From IMG/VR virus record IMGVR_UViG_3300030331_006142, positions 32,001 to 96,000 of that record: a stretch of 64,000 bases of DNA. One strand, 5' to 3'. This document shows, piece by piece, positions 47,384 through 57,067 of this stretch. The position numbers and the translations under genes were made by a program. Within the stretch, counting starts at the first letter, position 1, and each line of letters opens with the position of its first letter. The DNA is from a virus. The notes under the pieces were generated by a model. That model saw only the letters and a program-made list of their open reading frames with translations. It was not told the origin of the DNA and made no database searches.

Positions 47384-49900
47384 TTATTCTAGTCTTTCTA
47401 AACCTGCTGAAACTTTGAATACACTTTGGACGTTTGTCAGCCTCTTTGTGTCTCTTATGATTCTTGACTTTACATCTTCTGGAGCATTCATCTGCCCGGG
47501 GACAGATGGTATAAACTTTACTGAGAGACCTGCTATGTATCTTCCTTCTGATATTTTCTGGTTTTTAATAACAACAGTAACAATTGTCACATTTGGAAGT
47601 GCGCGAAGGTCTGCCAGTATATCATCAAGGCCGCGGGAGCGATTCTCTTCAAGAGTGAGGCCGTAAGACAACATACAATAGAATTTGTAAATACCTCGCT
47701 GGCGGCTTCTTCCTTTTTCTTCGTTTATTGTTTCTTCTATCTTACTATAAAATTGATTCTTTGTCAAGCGTTCTCTGCCAAAATATTTCTGTATTTGCTC
47801 TTGAAGCTTTTCTTTTTCTTTTCTTGCTTCTATATTTATGTTGCGTTGAATATTTTTCCTCTGCCTTTTAATAGAATATTTTAGCTCTCTTTCTTGTTCA
47901 GAATTAAGCGTTGCCGTGTCAACCACTCGGCCTGTATTTCTTATTTCGGAGCCTGCCCATTTTTCTACAAAAAGAGGGTCTAGTAACTCGTTGTCTAGTA
48001 TCCATTGGGCCAACTCTGTGTCGAGGTTAAACAAAATCTGTCTCAATCTTCTTGCGAAAATCTTAGCGTATGCGGTATAGCGGTATCCTTGTGTCGGCAT
48101 ATGCCGGTCGTCTTTCATGTAAGAATTGTAGATTAGTTTCTTTTTAATATCAATATCAACCCCAGGATACGCTATTACTTTGTTTGTTATCTTGGAACTG
48201 TTTGTTCCAGATGTTTTTGACGTGTATTCTACAAAATAATCAACAACTTCTTGTGGGAGCTTTGGTAATTCCGAAAGAGCAACAAGAAGTCGGTCTTGTG
48301 CAGTTTTTACTAAAATCTTTTTCCCTTCTTTTGATTTTTGGAAATCAAATATCCTTTTGACTGTGGCTTGGTTTGCAACGATGACGTCAGACCTAAAATT
48401 ATCATTTGCCCTTGTAATTTTTGCATATTCTGGGCTGGCCGTGTGCAGATAGTGTGCAAGAGTAGTTATGTATACATTGTTGGTGGGCCGACTACTTGAT
48501 GCTTGCCTTTGAACCATCTCTGGTGACAATAAGAAATCTACTATCTCTTGCCTTGCTTTCGGGTCTTGGCGAGCGATTGTGGATAAAAAGAAGACCTGCT
48601 GCTTTCGCAAAGAGTTCCTATCATTTTCATCATCCCTAGGTGTTGGGTCAAGCAACTCATCTTTCATCTCTTCATACACTGCTCTGGCAAGGATGTGGTT
48701 TGTTTCTTTACCGTAGTGCTCTAAATAATTTTGCTGTGAGCCCGGGCTTAACATGGGTTCTATGTGAGCGCCAATGCCAGCACGGTACCCCAACTTTGCT
48801 ATTCGTACTATATCTGGTAGCTCTAGATATCTATTTTCTGATAACCTGTCGATAATATTATGAAGATGTCGCTGGTCTTTTTCTTCGCCCCAAAGACGCA
48901 TTTCATCAAGATACTCATTGCCGCCCCTCTCTGCCACTATTCCCTCAAACCTATCTAATATGTACCGAACCACCTCGGGGTCGTTGTGGCTGGCTCCTTC
49001 CTTCGCCATATAAGCGTTTTCAAAAAACTTGTCACCCTCCAGCTCAGCCTGAAAATCCTCTACTCCAAGGATAGCCTGGTAATCGCCGTTGGTAATATAG
49101 TCGAAGTCTGTGGTCTTTAACCACTGTTTTATCATTGGGCGATACTTTGGAACTGGTGGTTCGTTCTGTTTTCCTTTTATTTGGTCCACTCTTCCACCAC
49201 TCACAACCTCTATTGTTGCATGAGGCGTGTTACTGCGATTGCGGAGAGAATAAATAGTGACTCTGCCTGATGCGACTGAGTCACAATACCCTCCGACACA
49301 GTGGCCCATGTTGTCACCTTCAGTCCCCAAATCTTCTGGGGGGACTTTGACAATAGTAAAACCGTTTCCAAAGTCATACACAACGTCTTTAGTTTTGTAC
49401 GGGCCTGCGTCGTCCTCTTTACCCTTGAACTGTTCGTGCCACTCTTCAGACAAATCAAATACTTGTTGAAAAGTCATTTCCCAGATATTCTGTGGGATAT
49501 TTTGAGCCCCGTTAAAGTAATCTGCAATGTACCTTACATCATTGTTGTATACCCTTAGTTCTTCAGGGCGGTCAATAGTGTCCACGAACCCATTAACTTC
49601 AGTTTCATTATAGCGGATTGCATTGCCGAGCCATTTAGCAAACCTTTTTCTGCCAATATTCGGAAAATGATTATCTGGTAGCGACTCCATCCAGTCTACA
49701 ATTCCTGTCGGAAATATTGGATTTAGATATTTAGGGTCACGTTCCAAGCCTTGGATGCGAGCAAAGTAATCTCGTATCTCTTCGTCTTGAAACTTGGGCA
49801 TCTCTTTCTGTATTGCCTTTATGTTTATGTTTCGCAGAATTTTTGCGTCTTGCTGCGCTTCTTGAAGATATTGCTTCCACTTGCTGTAAAAATTTGACAT
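47384..49900 (-). CDS. Large protein with PcfJ-like domain
   Basis: LGTEGDNMGHCVGGY...IYSLR...HATIEV...QIKGKQN; ACTATTTA at 49925-49932. Confidence 0.75.
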   Translation of the reverse strand: MSNFYSKWKQYLQEAQQDAKILRNINIKAIQKEMPKFQDEEIRDYFARIQGLERDPKYLNPIFPTGIVDWMESLPDNHFPNIGRKRFAKWLGNAIRYNETEVNGFVDTIDRPEELRVYNNDVRYIADYFNGAQNIPQNIWEMTFQQVFDLSEEWHEQFKGKEDDAGPYKTKDVVYDFGNGFTIVKVPPEDLGTEGDNMGHCVGGYCDSVASGRVTIYSLRNRSNTPHATIEVVSGGRVDQIKGKQNEPPVPKYRPMIKQWLKTTDFDYITNGDYQAILGVEDFQAELEGDKFFENAYMAKEGASHNDPEVVRYILDRFEGIVAERGGNEYLDEMRLWGEEKDQRHLHNIIDRLSENRYLELPDIVRIAKLGYRAGIGAHIEPMLSPGSQQNYLEHYGKETNHILARAVYEEMKDELLDPTPRDDENDRNSLRKQQVFFLSTIARQDPKARQEIVDFLLSPEMVQRQASSSRPTNNVYITTLAHYLHTASPEYAKITRANDNFRSDVIVANQATVKRIFDFQKSKEGKKILVKTAQDRLLVALSELPKLPQEVVDYFVEYTSKTSGTNSSKITNKVIAYPGVDIDIKKKLIYNSYMKDDRHMPTQGYRYTAYAKIFARRLRQILFNLDTELAQWILDNELLDPLFVEKWAGSEIRNTGRVVDTATLNSEQERELKYSIKRQRKNIQRNINIEARKEKEKLQEQIQKYFGRERLTKNQFYSKIEETINEEKGRSRQRGIYKFYCMLSYGLTLEENRSRGLDDILADLRALPNVTIVTVVIKNQKISEGRYIAGLSVKFIPSVPGQMNAPEDVKSRIIRDTKRLTNVQSVFKVSAGLERLE

Positions 49901-49956
49901 AGTAATACTATAACCTTTTTACTATAAATAGTCAAGTGGAAGCTAAGGTGTTTGTT

Positions 49957-50385
49957 TTATTCGATATCAATCGAAACTGGCTTTGCTTCAGGTCTTTGTG
50001 GGACCCTCACCGTCAAGAGGCCGTTCTCAAAGGATGCTTTAGCGTTTGATAAATCTAAGTTATCATCGTAGTTTACATAGGTCCTAGTAAAGTTCCTACG
50101 AGCAATTCTTTTCCTTTTCAAATTTTCCTCATTGGCGTTGCCAGTAATTGTTATCGTCCTTTTACCGGGCTGTATATCAATAGCCAACTCTTTCTTCTTG
50201 AAACCAGCCAAAGCAAACTCCAACACTGTTGAGCCATCGTCATCTCGATAAATGTCGGCAACTGGATAGCCCTGTGTTGATGCCTTTAGGTGAGTTGGAA
50301 AGTCACTAAAAAAGTTGTCAAAAACCTCATTAATGACTTTATGTCCCAGTAGACCCGGGCGGTATGTGGTAGTAATTGCATTCAT
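49957..50385 (-). CDS. Small heat-shock protein (Hsp20)
   Basis: GYPVADI, ALAGF, IARRNFTR, ASFENGLLTV; AAGGAGG RBS. Confidence 0.93.
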   Translation of the reverse strand: MNAITTTYRPGLLGHKVINEVFDNFFSDFPTHLKASTQGYPVADIYRDDDGSTVLEFALAGFKKKELAIDIQPGKRTITITGNANEENLKRKRIARRNFTRTYVNYDDNLDLSNAKASFENGLLTVRVPQRPEAKPVSIDIE

Positions 50386-50393
50386 TATTGTTT

Positions 50394-50411
50394 CCTCCTT
50401 ATTAAGCAAGT
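50394..50411 (-). promoter_or_regulatory. ROSE-like RNA thermometer hairpin
   Basis: CUUGCUU-AAU-AAGGAG pairs the RBS with a bulged G. Confidence 0.55.
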
Positions 50412-50462
50412 TACTTTTTGTTGTTTATGGTCAGTTCCTTTCGGCAACCGTCCCATAAGTAT

Positions 50463-50490
50463 ATTATAATCACAAATTAAAAGATGTCAA
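50463..50490 (-). promoter_or_regulatory. sigma70-type promoter for hsp20
   Basis: TTGACA-N16-TATAAT. Confidence 0.75.
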
Positions 50491-50831
50491 TAAAAAAGTT
50501 GAATTAAAATTATAAGAATCGCTAAAGACAAGCAAATCATAGTTTTTGCGGTGAACATCGACTCAGATAAAAGAAACCAAGTCAAAATTGGAAATATTAT
50601 TATTCCCGTTGAAGAGCCTATAAATCTGGCGGACCAAACAGAGCCTGTAGATTCAACAACTATACGCCAGGCGTACCAAAAAGCTATAGATGTTGGCGCG
50701 CCAATCAAAAACGCAGCCTCAATGGGTCTATCTTTCCACCACTCTGAAACATATTGTGCGTTCAGTTGAAACCACCCCAACACCTGTCCCACTAAAAAAA
50801 GAAATATTCCAATATAAATCATGGGCGTCAA
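50487..50831 (-). CDS. Four-helix membrane protein (SMR/EamA-like)
   Basis: Four hydrophobic segments in 114 aa. Confidence 0.7.
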   Translation of the reverse strand: MTPMIYIGIFLFLVGQVLGWFQLNAQYVSEWWKDRPIEAAFLIGAPTSIAFWYAWRIVVESTGSVWSARFIGSSTGIIIFPILTWFLLSESMFTAKTMICLSLAILIILIQLFY

Positions 50832-51196
50832 TTTTCCAAAAAACGTATGTTTCCAATTCCAAGCTCAAAAGATGTCATAAGGGAGTGAGCGATAGTAGCT
50901 ATGACTTTCACTTCTGCGCCTGGCAGGAAGACAGACTCTACATACGCTTCCTTAGCTTGTTCTATCAAATCTGATAAAGTTGACATTAGGGCCCTGCACG
51001 AAACATTCAATTCCATTAAAATCATAACATCGGGATTGGATAGACGATACTGTCCCATGTAATGGCCTTCCATTAAGGAATCAATCTTTTCTAGATTCTT
51101 TGCTACCGGACCATACAAGCCTTTTAGTGTGGTCACACCAATCTCGGCTAAAGGCTCCTTGACATCACTCAATTTAGCCTCCTTGGCCGTCATCAA
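50828..51196 (-). CDS. Hypothetical protein
   Basis: Coupled ORF. Confidence 0.65.
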   Translation of the reverse strand: MMTAKEAKLSDVKEPLAEIGVTTLKGLYGPVAKNLEKIDSLMEGHYMGQYRLSNPDVMILMELNVSCRALMSTLSDLIEQAKEAYVESVFLPGAEVKVIATIAHSLMTSFELGIGNIRFLEN

Positions 51197-51443
51197 GATA
51201 GTCTAAAAGGTCAGTGTAGCCACCAACCTTTTTGGTATATCCAGTCTCTAAATCGTTAGACAATATAATTGGAACAGTTTCCTGATTATGAAAAGACTTG
51301 TAGTCATCTAAGATTTCAGACCTATCGCAATAATCTAAAAAAACATATTGCTTTCTTTGGGCGGACAAGAAATTTTGTGCCATGATACAAAAACTACAAC
51401 TGGACCTTCCAATAATTATATACCTCTGTTTTTTGTTATCCAT
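51174..51443 (-). CDS. Glutaredoxin
   Basis: CSFC, TVP, GGYTDL. Confidence 0.9.
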   Translation of the reverse strand: MDNKKQRYIIIGRSSCSFCIMAQNFLSAQRKQYVFLDYCDRSEILDDYKSFHNQETVPIILSNDLETGYTKKVGGYTDLLDYLDDGQGG

Positions 51444-51726
51444 TCAGCAAAATCCTTTTTCCTATTTGCGATTCCTCGATTTGAGAAAAAAGTTCTTCAC
51501 TTGAGCCGAAAACAACAATTTCTTCTGTTTTGTGGCCATGGGATAACCTAACTACACAAAACCTTTTATCAGAGTGCTCTAATCCCTCTGACTTCAGAAA
51601 GTCTTCCACTCCAGAGTGGTCTGATATAGATACGATATTAGAAGGATTTACATATAAAGGTTTTGAGGTGACCTCTCTTTTATATCCTTGGTTTTCAACC
51701 GAAAGTGTTAATAATTTTAATAACAT
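51436..51726 (-). CDS. Hypothetical protein
   Basis: Coupled ORF. Confidence 0.7.
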   Translation of the reverse strand: MLLKLLTLSVENQGYKREVTSKPLYVNPSNIVSISDHSGVEDFLKSEGLEHSDKRFCVVRLSHGHKTEEIVVFGSSEELFSQIEESQIGKRILLNG

Positions 51727-51733
51727 ATAAACC

Positions 51734-52009
51734 CTAGGGCCCTCCTATACTCTTTAGAACAAAAGCCCCAATAAGGCCAATCACAGTGGTGAACAGCGTC
51801 CAAATCATTCTGGAGCTGGTCCTCTTCCAGGATTCCAGCTCTCTTAATCTGGCATAAAGACCCTGGTCGGGGTTATATACTGCTTCTTTTATTTTTGCAA
51901 TGTGGTCTGACATTTCTTCCTGTTTGTCTTGCATGACGTCCATACCTGAGCAAATTTTATCTAACTTGCTCTGCATTGACATCATACACACTTTGTTATC
52001 TTCTGTCAT
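51734..52009 (-). CDS. Coiled-coil protein with C-terminal TM helix (XhlA/holin-like architecture)
   Basis: Heptads then hydrophobic helix; ACTACTTA at 52038-52045. Confidence 0.6.
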   Translation of the reverse strand: MTEDNKVCMMSMQSKLDKICSGMDVMQDKQEEMSDHIAKIKEAVYNPDQGLYARLRELESWKRTSSRMIWTLFTTVIGLIGAFVLKSIGGP

Positions 52010-52051
52010 AGTGGCGCCCTCCTTGTGACTACACTATTAAGTAGTGCCAGT

Positions 52052-53617
52052 CTAGTGGACTATGCTGTGATTAGTCAACAAAAGGGTACCGGCAACAGAG
52101 ACTGCATTCTTTAATGCACATCTCGTAACCTTGGCAGGGTCAATAATGCCTGACTCGAAAAGATTTTCTTTTTTTCCTGTTAGAAAATTGAACCCCTCCA
52201 TATCTCCGCACTCACCAATTGTGATGCTTAAGACTTCTGGATTGTGCCCTGCGTTTTGAGCCATTGTGCTAAAGGGGGACTGCAAGGCCTTTTTGAAGAT
52301 TCCCAAGGAAGCTGCCTGCTCTTCGTTATCAAAATCTATATCCATAGCCTGCGAAATGTGAAGCAATGTCATGCCTCCTCCCAATACAATGCCCTCTTGT
52401 TGTGCAGAGTTGACTGCCTCGAGGGCGTCCTCAATCCGATGCTTTTTTTCAATGAGCTCTACCTCAGAATTTGCTCCAACCCTAATAATAGCAACGCCAG
52501 AAGAGAGACGAGTGATTCTGTCTTGCAGCCGTTGAGCTGCATGTAGGTCGTCAGTATCATTGATTTCATTTTTAATCTCCTCAATTCTATTCTCGACAAG
52601 TTCGTAGTCACCCTCGCCATCGACAACAGTTGTTCTGTTCTTGGCAATCTCGATAGATGCTGCCTGGCCGAAGTCAGTAAGTGACACCTCTGTTACTTTG
52701 TGACCTAGAGACTGCTGAAAGAATTTTGCCCCTGTTGCTGTTGCAAGGTCTGACAGGATACCTCTGCGGTCTTCTCCATAACTTGGAGCCTTGACTGCTG
52801 CCACCTTCATCGAGCCACGAATAGTGTTCATGATAAGGGCGGCGAGAGCTTGTCCCTCAATCTCATCTGCGATAATAATAAATGGTCTGCCTTCCCTTGC
52901 TGCTATCTCTAGGGCTGGGAGGATATCGTTTACTTGGTCAATCTTACTATCTGTGATAAGAAACATAGGATTGTCATACTTTGCCAAGCCTCTACGCTCA
53001 TCAGTCACGAATGCTCTAGCGGCATAGCCAGACTGAAACTTGAAACCCTCAACAAGTTCAAGCTTTGTTTCATGAGACTTTGCGTCCTCAACAGACACAG
53101 AGCCGTTCTTACCAATCTTATCTACCGCTGTTGCGATTAGGTCTCCGATAACTTTATCATTGTTGGCAGAGATAGTAGCAACGTGTCGGATATCCTCGAC
53201 AGATGAGATAGGCTTTGCTAAATCAGCAATGCCCTCACAGGCGACCTCACAGCACTTCTCCAGCCCACGTTTAATTTCGATAGGACTAACGCCACTCTCG
53301 ATGTGTTTGTGAGCCTGTCGTAGCAGTTCTCGGGCTAGAATAGTGCTTGTGGTCGTGCCGTCGCCTGCTTCGGCGTTAGTCATGGCAGAAACCTGCTTTA
53401 CAACTTCTGCCCCAGCATTCATAAACGGGTCTTCGAAACTCATATTCTGAGCAACTGTGACTCCGTCTTTTGTAATGAAGGGTCTCTTATCTTTTTGCTG
53501 GATAAGAACATTTTGTCCCTTGGGGCCAAGGGTAGCCGCAACATAATCGGCAAGGGTGTTCACCCCTTCTAGGACTTTGTTGCGCAAAGCCCAGCCGTTC
53601 TCTAGTTTAGTAGTCAT
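52052..53617 (-). CDS. groEL: Chaperonin GroEL
   Basis: TLGPKG, TKDGVTVA, GDGTTT, KAPSYG, GIIDPAKV; lacks GGM tail. Confidence 0.97.
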   Translation of the reverse strand: MTTKLENGWALRNKVLEGVNTLADYVAATLGPKGQNVLIQQKDKRPFITKDGVTVAQNMSFEDPFMNAGAEVVKQVSAMTNAEAGDGTTTSTILARELLRQAHKHIESGVSPIEIKRGLEKCCEVACEGIADLAKPISSVEDIRHVATISANNDKVIGDLIATAVDKIGKNGSVSVEDAKSHETKLELVEGFKFQSGYAARAFVTDERRGLAKYDNPMFLITDSKIDQVNDILPALEIAAREGRPFIIIADEIEGQALAALIMNTIRGSMKVAAVKAPSYGEDRRGILSDLATATGAKFFQQSLGHKVTEVSLTDFGQAASIEIAKNRTTVVDGEGDYELVENRIEEIKNEINDTDDLHAAQRLQDRITRLSSGVAIIRVGANSEVELIEKKHRIEDALEAVNSAQQEGIVLGGGMTLLHISQAMDIDFDNEEQAASLGIFKKALQSPFSTMAQNAGHNPEVLSITIGECGDMEGFNFLTGKKENLFESGIIDPAKVTRCALKNAVSVAGTLLLTNHSIVH

Positions 53618-53641
53618 GCAACCTCTCTTTGTTATACTACT

Positions 53642-53669
53642 ATTATAATCTATTTTGAAAAAATGTCAA
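53642..53669 (-). promoter_or_regulatory. sigma70-type promoter for groEL
   Basis: TTGACA-N16-TATAAT. Confidence 0.75.
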
Positions 53670-53676
53670 GCGTTTT

Positions 53677-55173
53677 TTATTCAGCTGCTGACTTTTCTTC
53701 CACAGCTGATATCGCTTCGTCGGTTGCCTCTTTTAAGGATGCCAAGTCTGACCTAGCTGAGAGGGCATACTCTTTCCGGGCGTCGCCATCTGCGGTACCG
53801 ATAAAGTATTTTGAAACATTTTCATTAAATCTAGCAAGAAAAGTATAAACAGGGGTTATGGTCTTTCTCATTATATCTCCATAAATAAGCCATGTTTTTT
53901 TGAGCTGCTCTTCGCCCAAGAGAACAAACGCAATCTCTCGTTCATTAGCTATATTCTTTGCTTGCTGTGGTGTGAATTCGAATTGGGCTTGGTTTTTATA
54001 TCCCGCTGTTTGACGCAAGGCATTTAAAATGTTTTCTTTATTTCCTGCCTCTATTGCCGCCTGTACTGCGTTAAACTGCGCGGCGGACCCAAACAGCCTG
54101 GTTGCTTTTACGCTCTTTGCATAGTCCTCTTCAGAGAACCCTACTAGTGCTGTTGGTAGCTTTTCAGATGACTCTATCGCGTTCATCAGCCTTTCTCGGT
54201 CAGTACGCAGAGAATAGTTCGCTTTGCCAAGCACCTTTTCAGAAAACTTGACCTGGAAGGCTCTTTCACCTAAGTCCTCTAGGGCAGCGAGTAGCTCCTC
54301 TTTGTTTTTTACTGGTTTTGAAGTCTTTACGAACTTTTTAAACGGGTCGTAAAAAACTTGTATATAATTTTGTAGCGTGATTTCAAATTCACTGAATAAG
54401 AGACTATCAGATGCGCCAGAACCAGAGCGGCGGGCATCTAAATAAACTACGTGGTCTCTACCTCCGGCAAAGTGCTCAACCATGTTTCTCCATGAACCCT
54501 TAACAGCTGTAGTTGGATTGAGTAGCTTTAGAGAATATTCTTTATCTCCAAGCTTTACATCGGTTATTGGCTTGCCTGTTGCTTCATCATCTTCTTCCAC
54601 GTCTGTAATCTGAACTGAGCCCTCACCAAACAAGCCAGCCAAAAAACCTTCGAAGATGAAGCCGCCGGCTGCTTCTGTGAACTGGGCCAAGATTGTGCTC
54701 AAAACTTCTAGGACAACCATTGTAGAAAGTATATCCCCAACAGATGCAAGTTGAACCTTACCAGTCGCGACGTTGTTGATGTGAGATAATTTCTCTTCGA
54801 GAGTGCCACCCGGGATGCCCCTTGTGAAACCCTCTATGATTTTTCTATCTTTAGATTCTGGAACGCCCCAGTCCTCTGATATTCTAAGCTTTGGTAAGCC
54901 TAGCCTTATTTCGTCAGCGGATATTTCTTCCTCTTCTTTTAGAAGCTGCTGAACGCTTTTATTTTCATTCATGCTTCTTGAGACTTTTGAGTAATCAATT
55001 CCCGAAAATATCTCTGTAAGAGTGTTACTAAAGAAGTCGTCAGATATCAAACTTCTCTCTTTCTCTGTTAAAGTTTCATTGTATACTTCTTCAATAAGCT
55101 TAAAAAGATTGCTCTTGTTAGAGAGTATTGGTTTCTTGTTGTTTTCAGATAAGAATTCTTTGTGCCAGGTCAT
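53677..55173 (-). CDS. Hypothetical protein, possible PD-(D/E)xK-like nuclease core
   Basis: FIFEGFLA...ITDV...EYSLKL; N-terminus MTWHKEFLSE. Confidence 0.6.
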   Translation of the reverse strand: MTWHKEFLSENNKKPILSNKSNLFKLIEEVYNETLTEKERSLISDDFFSNTLTEIFSGIDYSKVSRSMNENKSVQQLLKEEEEISADEIRLGLPKLRISEDWGVPESKDRKIIEGFTRGIPGGTLEEKLSHINNVATGKVQLASVGDILSTMVVLEVLSTILAQFTEAAGGFIFEGFLAGLFGEGSVQITDVEEDDEATGKPITDVKLGDKEYSLKLLNPTTAVKGSWRNMVEHFAGGRDHVVYLDARRSGSGASDSLLFSEFEITLQNYIQVFYDPFKKFVKTSKPVKNKEELLAALEDLGERAFQVKFSEKVLGKANYSLRTDRERLMNAIESSEKLPTALVGFSEEDYAKSVKATRLFGSAAQFNAVQAAIEAGNKENILNALRQTAGYKNQAQFEFTPQQAKNIANEREIAFVLLGEEQLKKTWLIYGDIMRKTITPVYTFLARFNENVSKYFIGTADGDARKEYALSARSDLASLKEATDEAISAVEEKSAAE

Positions 55174-55193
55174 AATATATCTCCTCTATATAA

Positions 55194-55859
55194 TTAGATT
55201 ATTTCGTCCGCAATACCCAAGTTTATTGCTTCTTCTGCGGAGATGTATACATCACGTTGGGTCTTGAGCATTTTCTTGATTTTGGCTTTTGTCATTTTAG
55301 TGTAGCTGGCCAACACTTCAATATACCTGTCCTGAATCCATTTAATTTCCTCTAGTTCGTTCTCCATATTGAAGATTGTGCCTCCAGCACCGGCCATTAC
55401 ACTGTGGAGCATAATGCGGCAATTTTTGCCGATTTTTCTCTTTCCCTTCGTGCCGGCAGCGAGAATCGGGACGCCGGCGGACATCACTTTTCCGATGCCA
55501 TGAGTGGATATATCGCAAGTGCTTTTCTTGATGGACGCCATAACATCTAAAATGGAGAACATATCAGATGCACAACCCCCATGAGTGGAGACATACATGT
55601 TAATTGGCCTAGAAACAACAATTTCTCTACTCTCTAGGTCAGAGGGGTCTTCAAGGGTGCTGACATGCGACGTACCTTCGAGATATAGCAAGCTTGCTAC
55701 CACCTCAGAGCCCTTTTGTTCGGTTATATCCCCATACAAACTTATAGTTCTAAGTTCGTGTGTTTCGGGCACGGGGGGCTGAATATTATTTATAATAACA
55801 ATCTGCTCTTCTTTACTTATGCTTTTCGTTTTCTTTTTTTCTTTTGTTTTTTTGCTCAT
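55194..55859 (-). CDS. clpP: ClpP-family protease subunit
   Basis: STHGG, VMSAG (Ser), IMLH (His), RDVY (Asp), AEEAINLGIADEI. Confidence 0.9.
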   Translation of the reverse strand: MSKKTKEKKKTKSISKEEQIVIINNIQPPVPETHELRTISLYGDITEQKGSEVVASLLYLEGTSHVSTLEDPSDLESREIVVSRPINMYVSTHGGCASDMFSILDVMASIKKSTCDISTHGIGKVMSAGVPILAAGTKGKRKIGKNCRIMLHSVMAGAGGTIFNMENELEEIKWIQDRYIEVLASYTKMTKAKIKKMLKTQRDVYISAEEAINLGIADEII

Positions 55860-56155
55860 GAAGCCTCTGTTGTGTTAAAGCCTTCCGCTTGGAAATGGGA
55901 AAGCAGGTTGTCTATCTCTTTTTCTGTTGTGTTTTTTTTTGCAAATATTAAAATTTTGCTTTTTTTTCTTAAATCTACGCCCTCTGCGGATAGCAGCCAA
56001 TCTCTTGTGATAAAATATTTTTCAAGCAAATCTTTGTCTTTTTTTGCTGGAAAGTCTAATTGAACCTTGCAGGATGTGGTTGATTCATCAAACCAATAGC
56101 TCAATTTTTTATTTTTAGGAACCATAACAAATGCCCTCCGGTAAATCAAAAGCAC
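55856..56155 (-). CDS. Hypothetical protein
   Basis: ORF track; start likely 56125. Confidence 0.55.
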   Translation of the reverse strand: MLLIYRRAFVMVPKNKKLSYWFDESTTSCKVQLDFPAKKDKDLLEKYFITRDWLLSAEGVDLRKKSKILIFAKKNTTEKEIDNLLSHFQAEGFNTTEAS

Positions 56156-56197
56156 TTGTTAATAACTATATTATCAAACTTTGTTTGGAAAATCTAT

Positions 56198-56224
56198 AAA
56201 AAAAAGCCCCATTAGGGGCTTTTT
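56198..56224 (-). terminator. Intrinsic terminator
   Basis: AAAAAGCCCC-TAAT-GGGGCTTTTTTTT on minus strand. Confidence 0.85.
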
Positions 56225-56245
56225 AAAATGAGTGTGTGTTTTGCC

Positions 56246-56779
56246 TTATCTTACTCTTTCTCTGATAAGCCTTTTTGCTACTCTCTTTAAAACTTCTTGA
56301 ACTATATCATCCTGCATATCGTCACTCATTTCTTCCCCTTCAGGTTCGTCCATATCGAGGTCCATATCCTCTTCAGCATCGAGGTCATCCTCCATATCCT
56401 CTGAGGCCATCGCCTCTTTTAGACGCTCGCCGAGGTCGATTAACAGTTGAGCTTCCTCTTCTGTTAGGCTCATATCTGCCTCCCCCAAATCCATTTCCAT
56501 ATCTTCGGGCTCTTCATCCTCTGGCATATCGTCCATGTCTTCGAGCTCTTCACCGCCTTCTTCATCTTCTTCCTCTTCTTCAAAGAGGTATTCGTCGGTC
56601 GCTTCTGTGACTTCTTCTTCGACTGCTTCTGTGACTTCTTCTTCGACTGCTTCTTCGAGGTCTTTGTCTTTCTTGTTTGCTATTTCGCCAATGAAGTTGT
56701 CCGTCAGTGGGCCAACGTTTGCAAGCTTCATGAACCGGCGGATTGTATTTTCATTTAGTAGGCTTTTATTGTCACTCAT
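56246..56779 (-). CDS. Very acidic protein, scaffold/internal-head-like
   Basis: E/D-rich with EAVEEEVT repeats; ACTATTTA at 56832-56839; own terminator. Confidence 0.7.
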   Translation of the reverse strand: MSDNKSLLNENTIRRFMKLANVGPLTDNFIGEIANKKDKDLEEAVEEEVTEAVEEEVTEATDEYLFEEEEEDEEGGEELEDMDDMPEDEEPEDMEMDLGEADMSLTEEEAQLLIDLGERLKEAMASEDMEDDLDAEEDMDLDMDEPEGEEMSDDMQDDIVQEVLKRVAKRLIRERVR

Positions 56780-56855
56780 TTTCTAGATAATCTCCTTGTT
56801 TTCTGTAGAAAAGCATTGTAAAACACAGTAGTAAATAGTTGTGGCAAATACAAAA

Positions 56856-57062
56856 TCACTTTTTTATTCTTTTTGATAATTTCTTCAAAGCAAGCTTCTC
56901 TATTTGAGAAACCCTTACCAAGGATATGCCCAATCTTTTTGCAATCTGGTCCAATGTCATCGAGCCGTTTTTTCTTATGGATTCGTAGATACAATTATTA
57001 TCTTCTGGGTAATCTATCCAGCACCTTTCTTTGTCTTTGCAGTCGCAATGTTTATCACTCAT
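56856..57062 (-). CDS. Stand-alone sigma-70 region 4 HTH protein
   Basis: MTLDQIAKRLGISLVRVSQIEKLALKKL. Confidence 0.8.
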   Translation of the reverse strand: MSDKHCDCKDKERCWIDYPEDNNCIYESIRKNGSMTLDQIAKRLGISLVRVSQIEKLALKKLSKRIKK

Positions 57063-57067
57063 AATCT

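Noticed and set aside
50410-53670. CIRCE operator upstream of groEL or hsp20
   Set aside because: No TTAGCACTC-N9-GAGTGCTAA found
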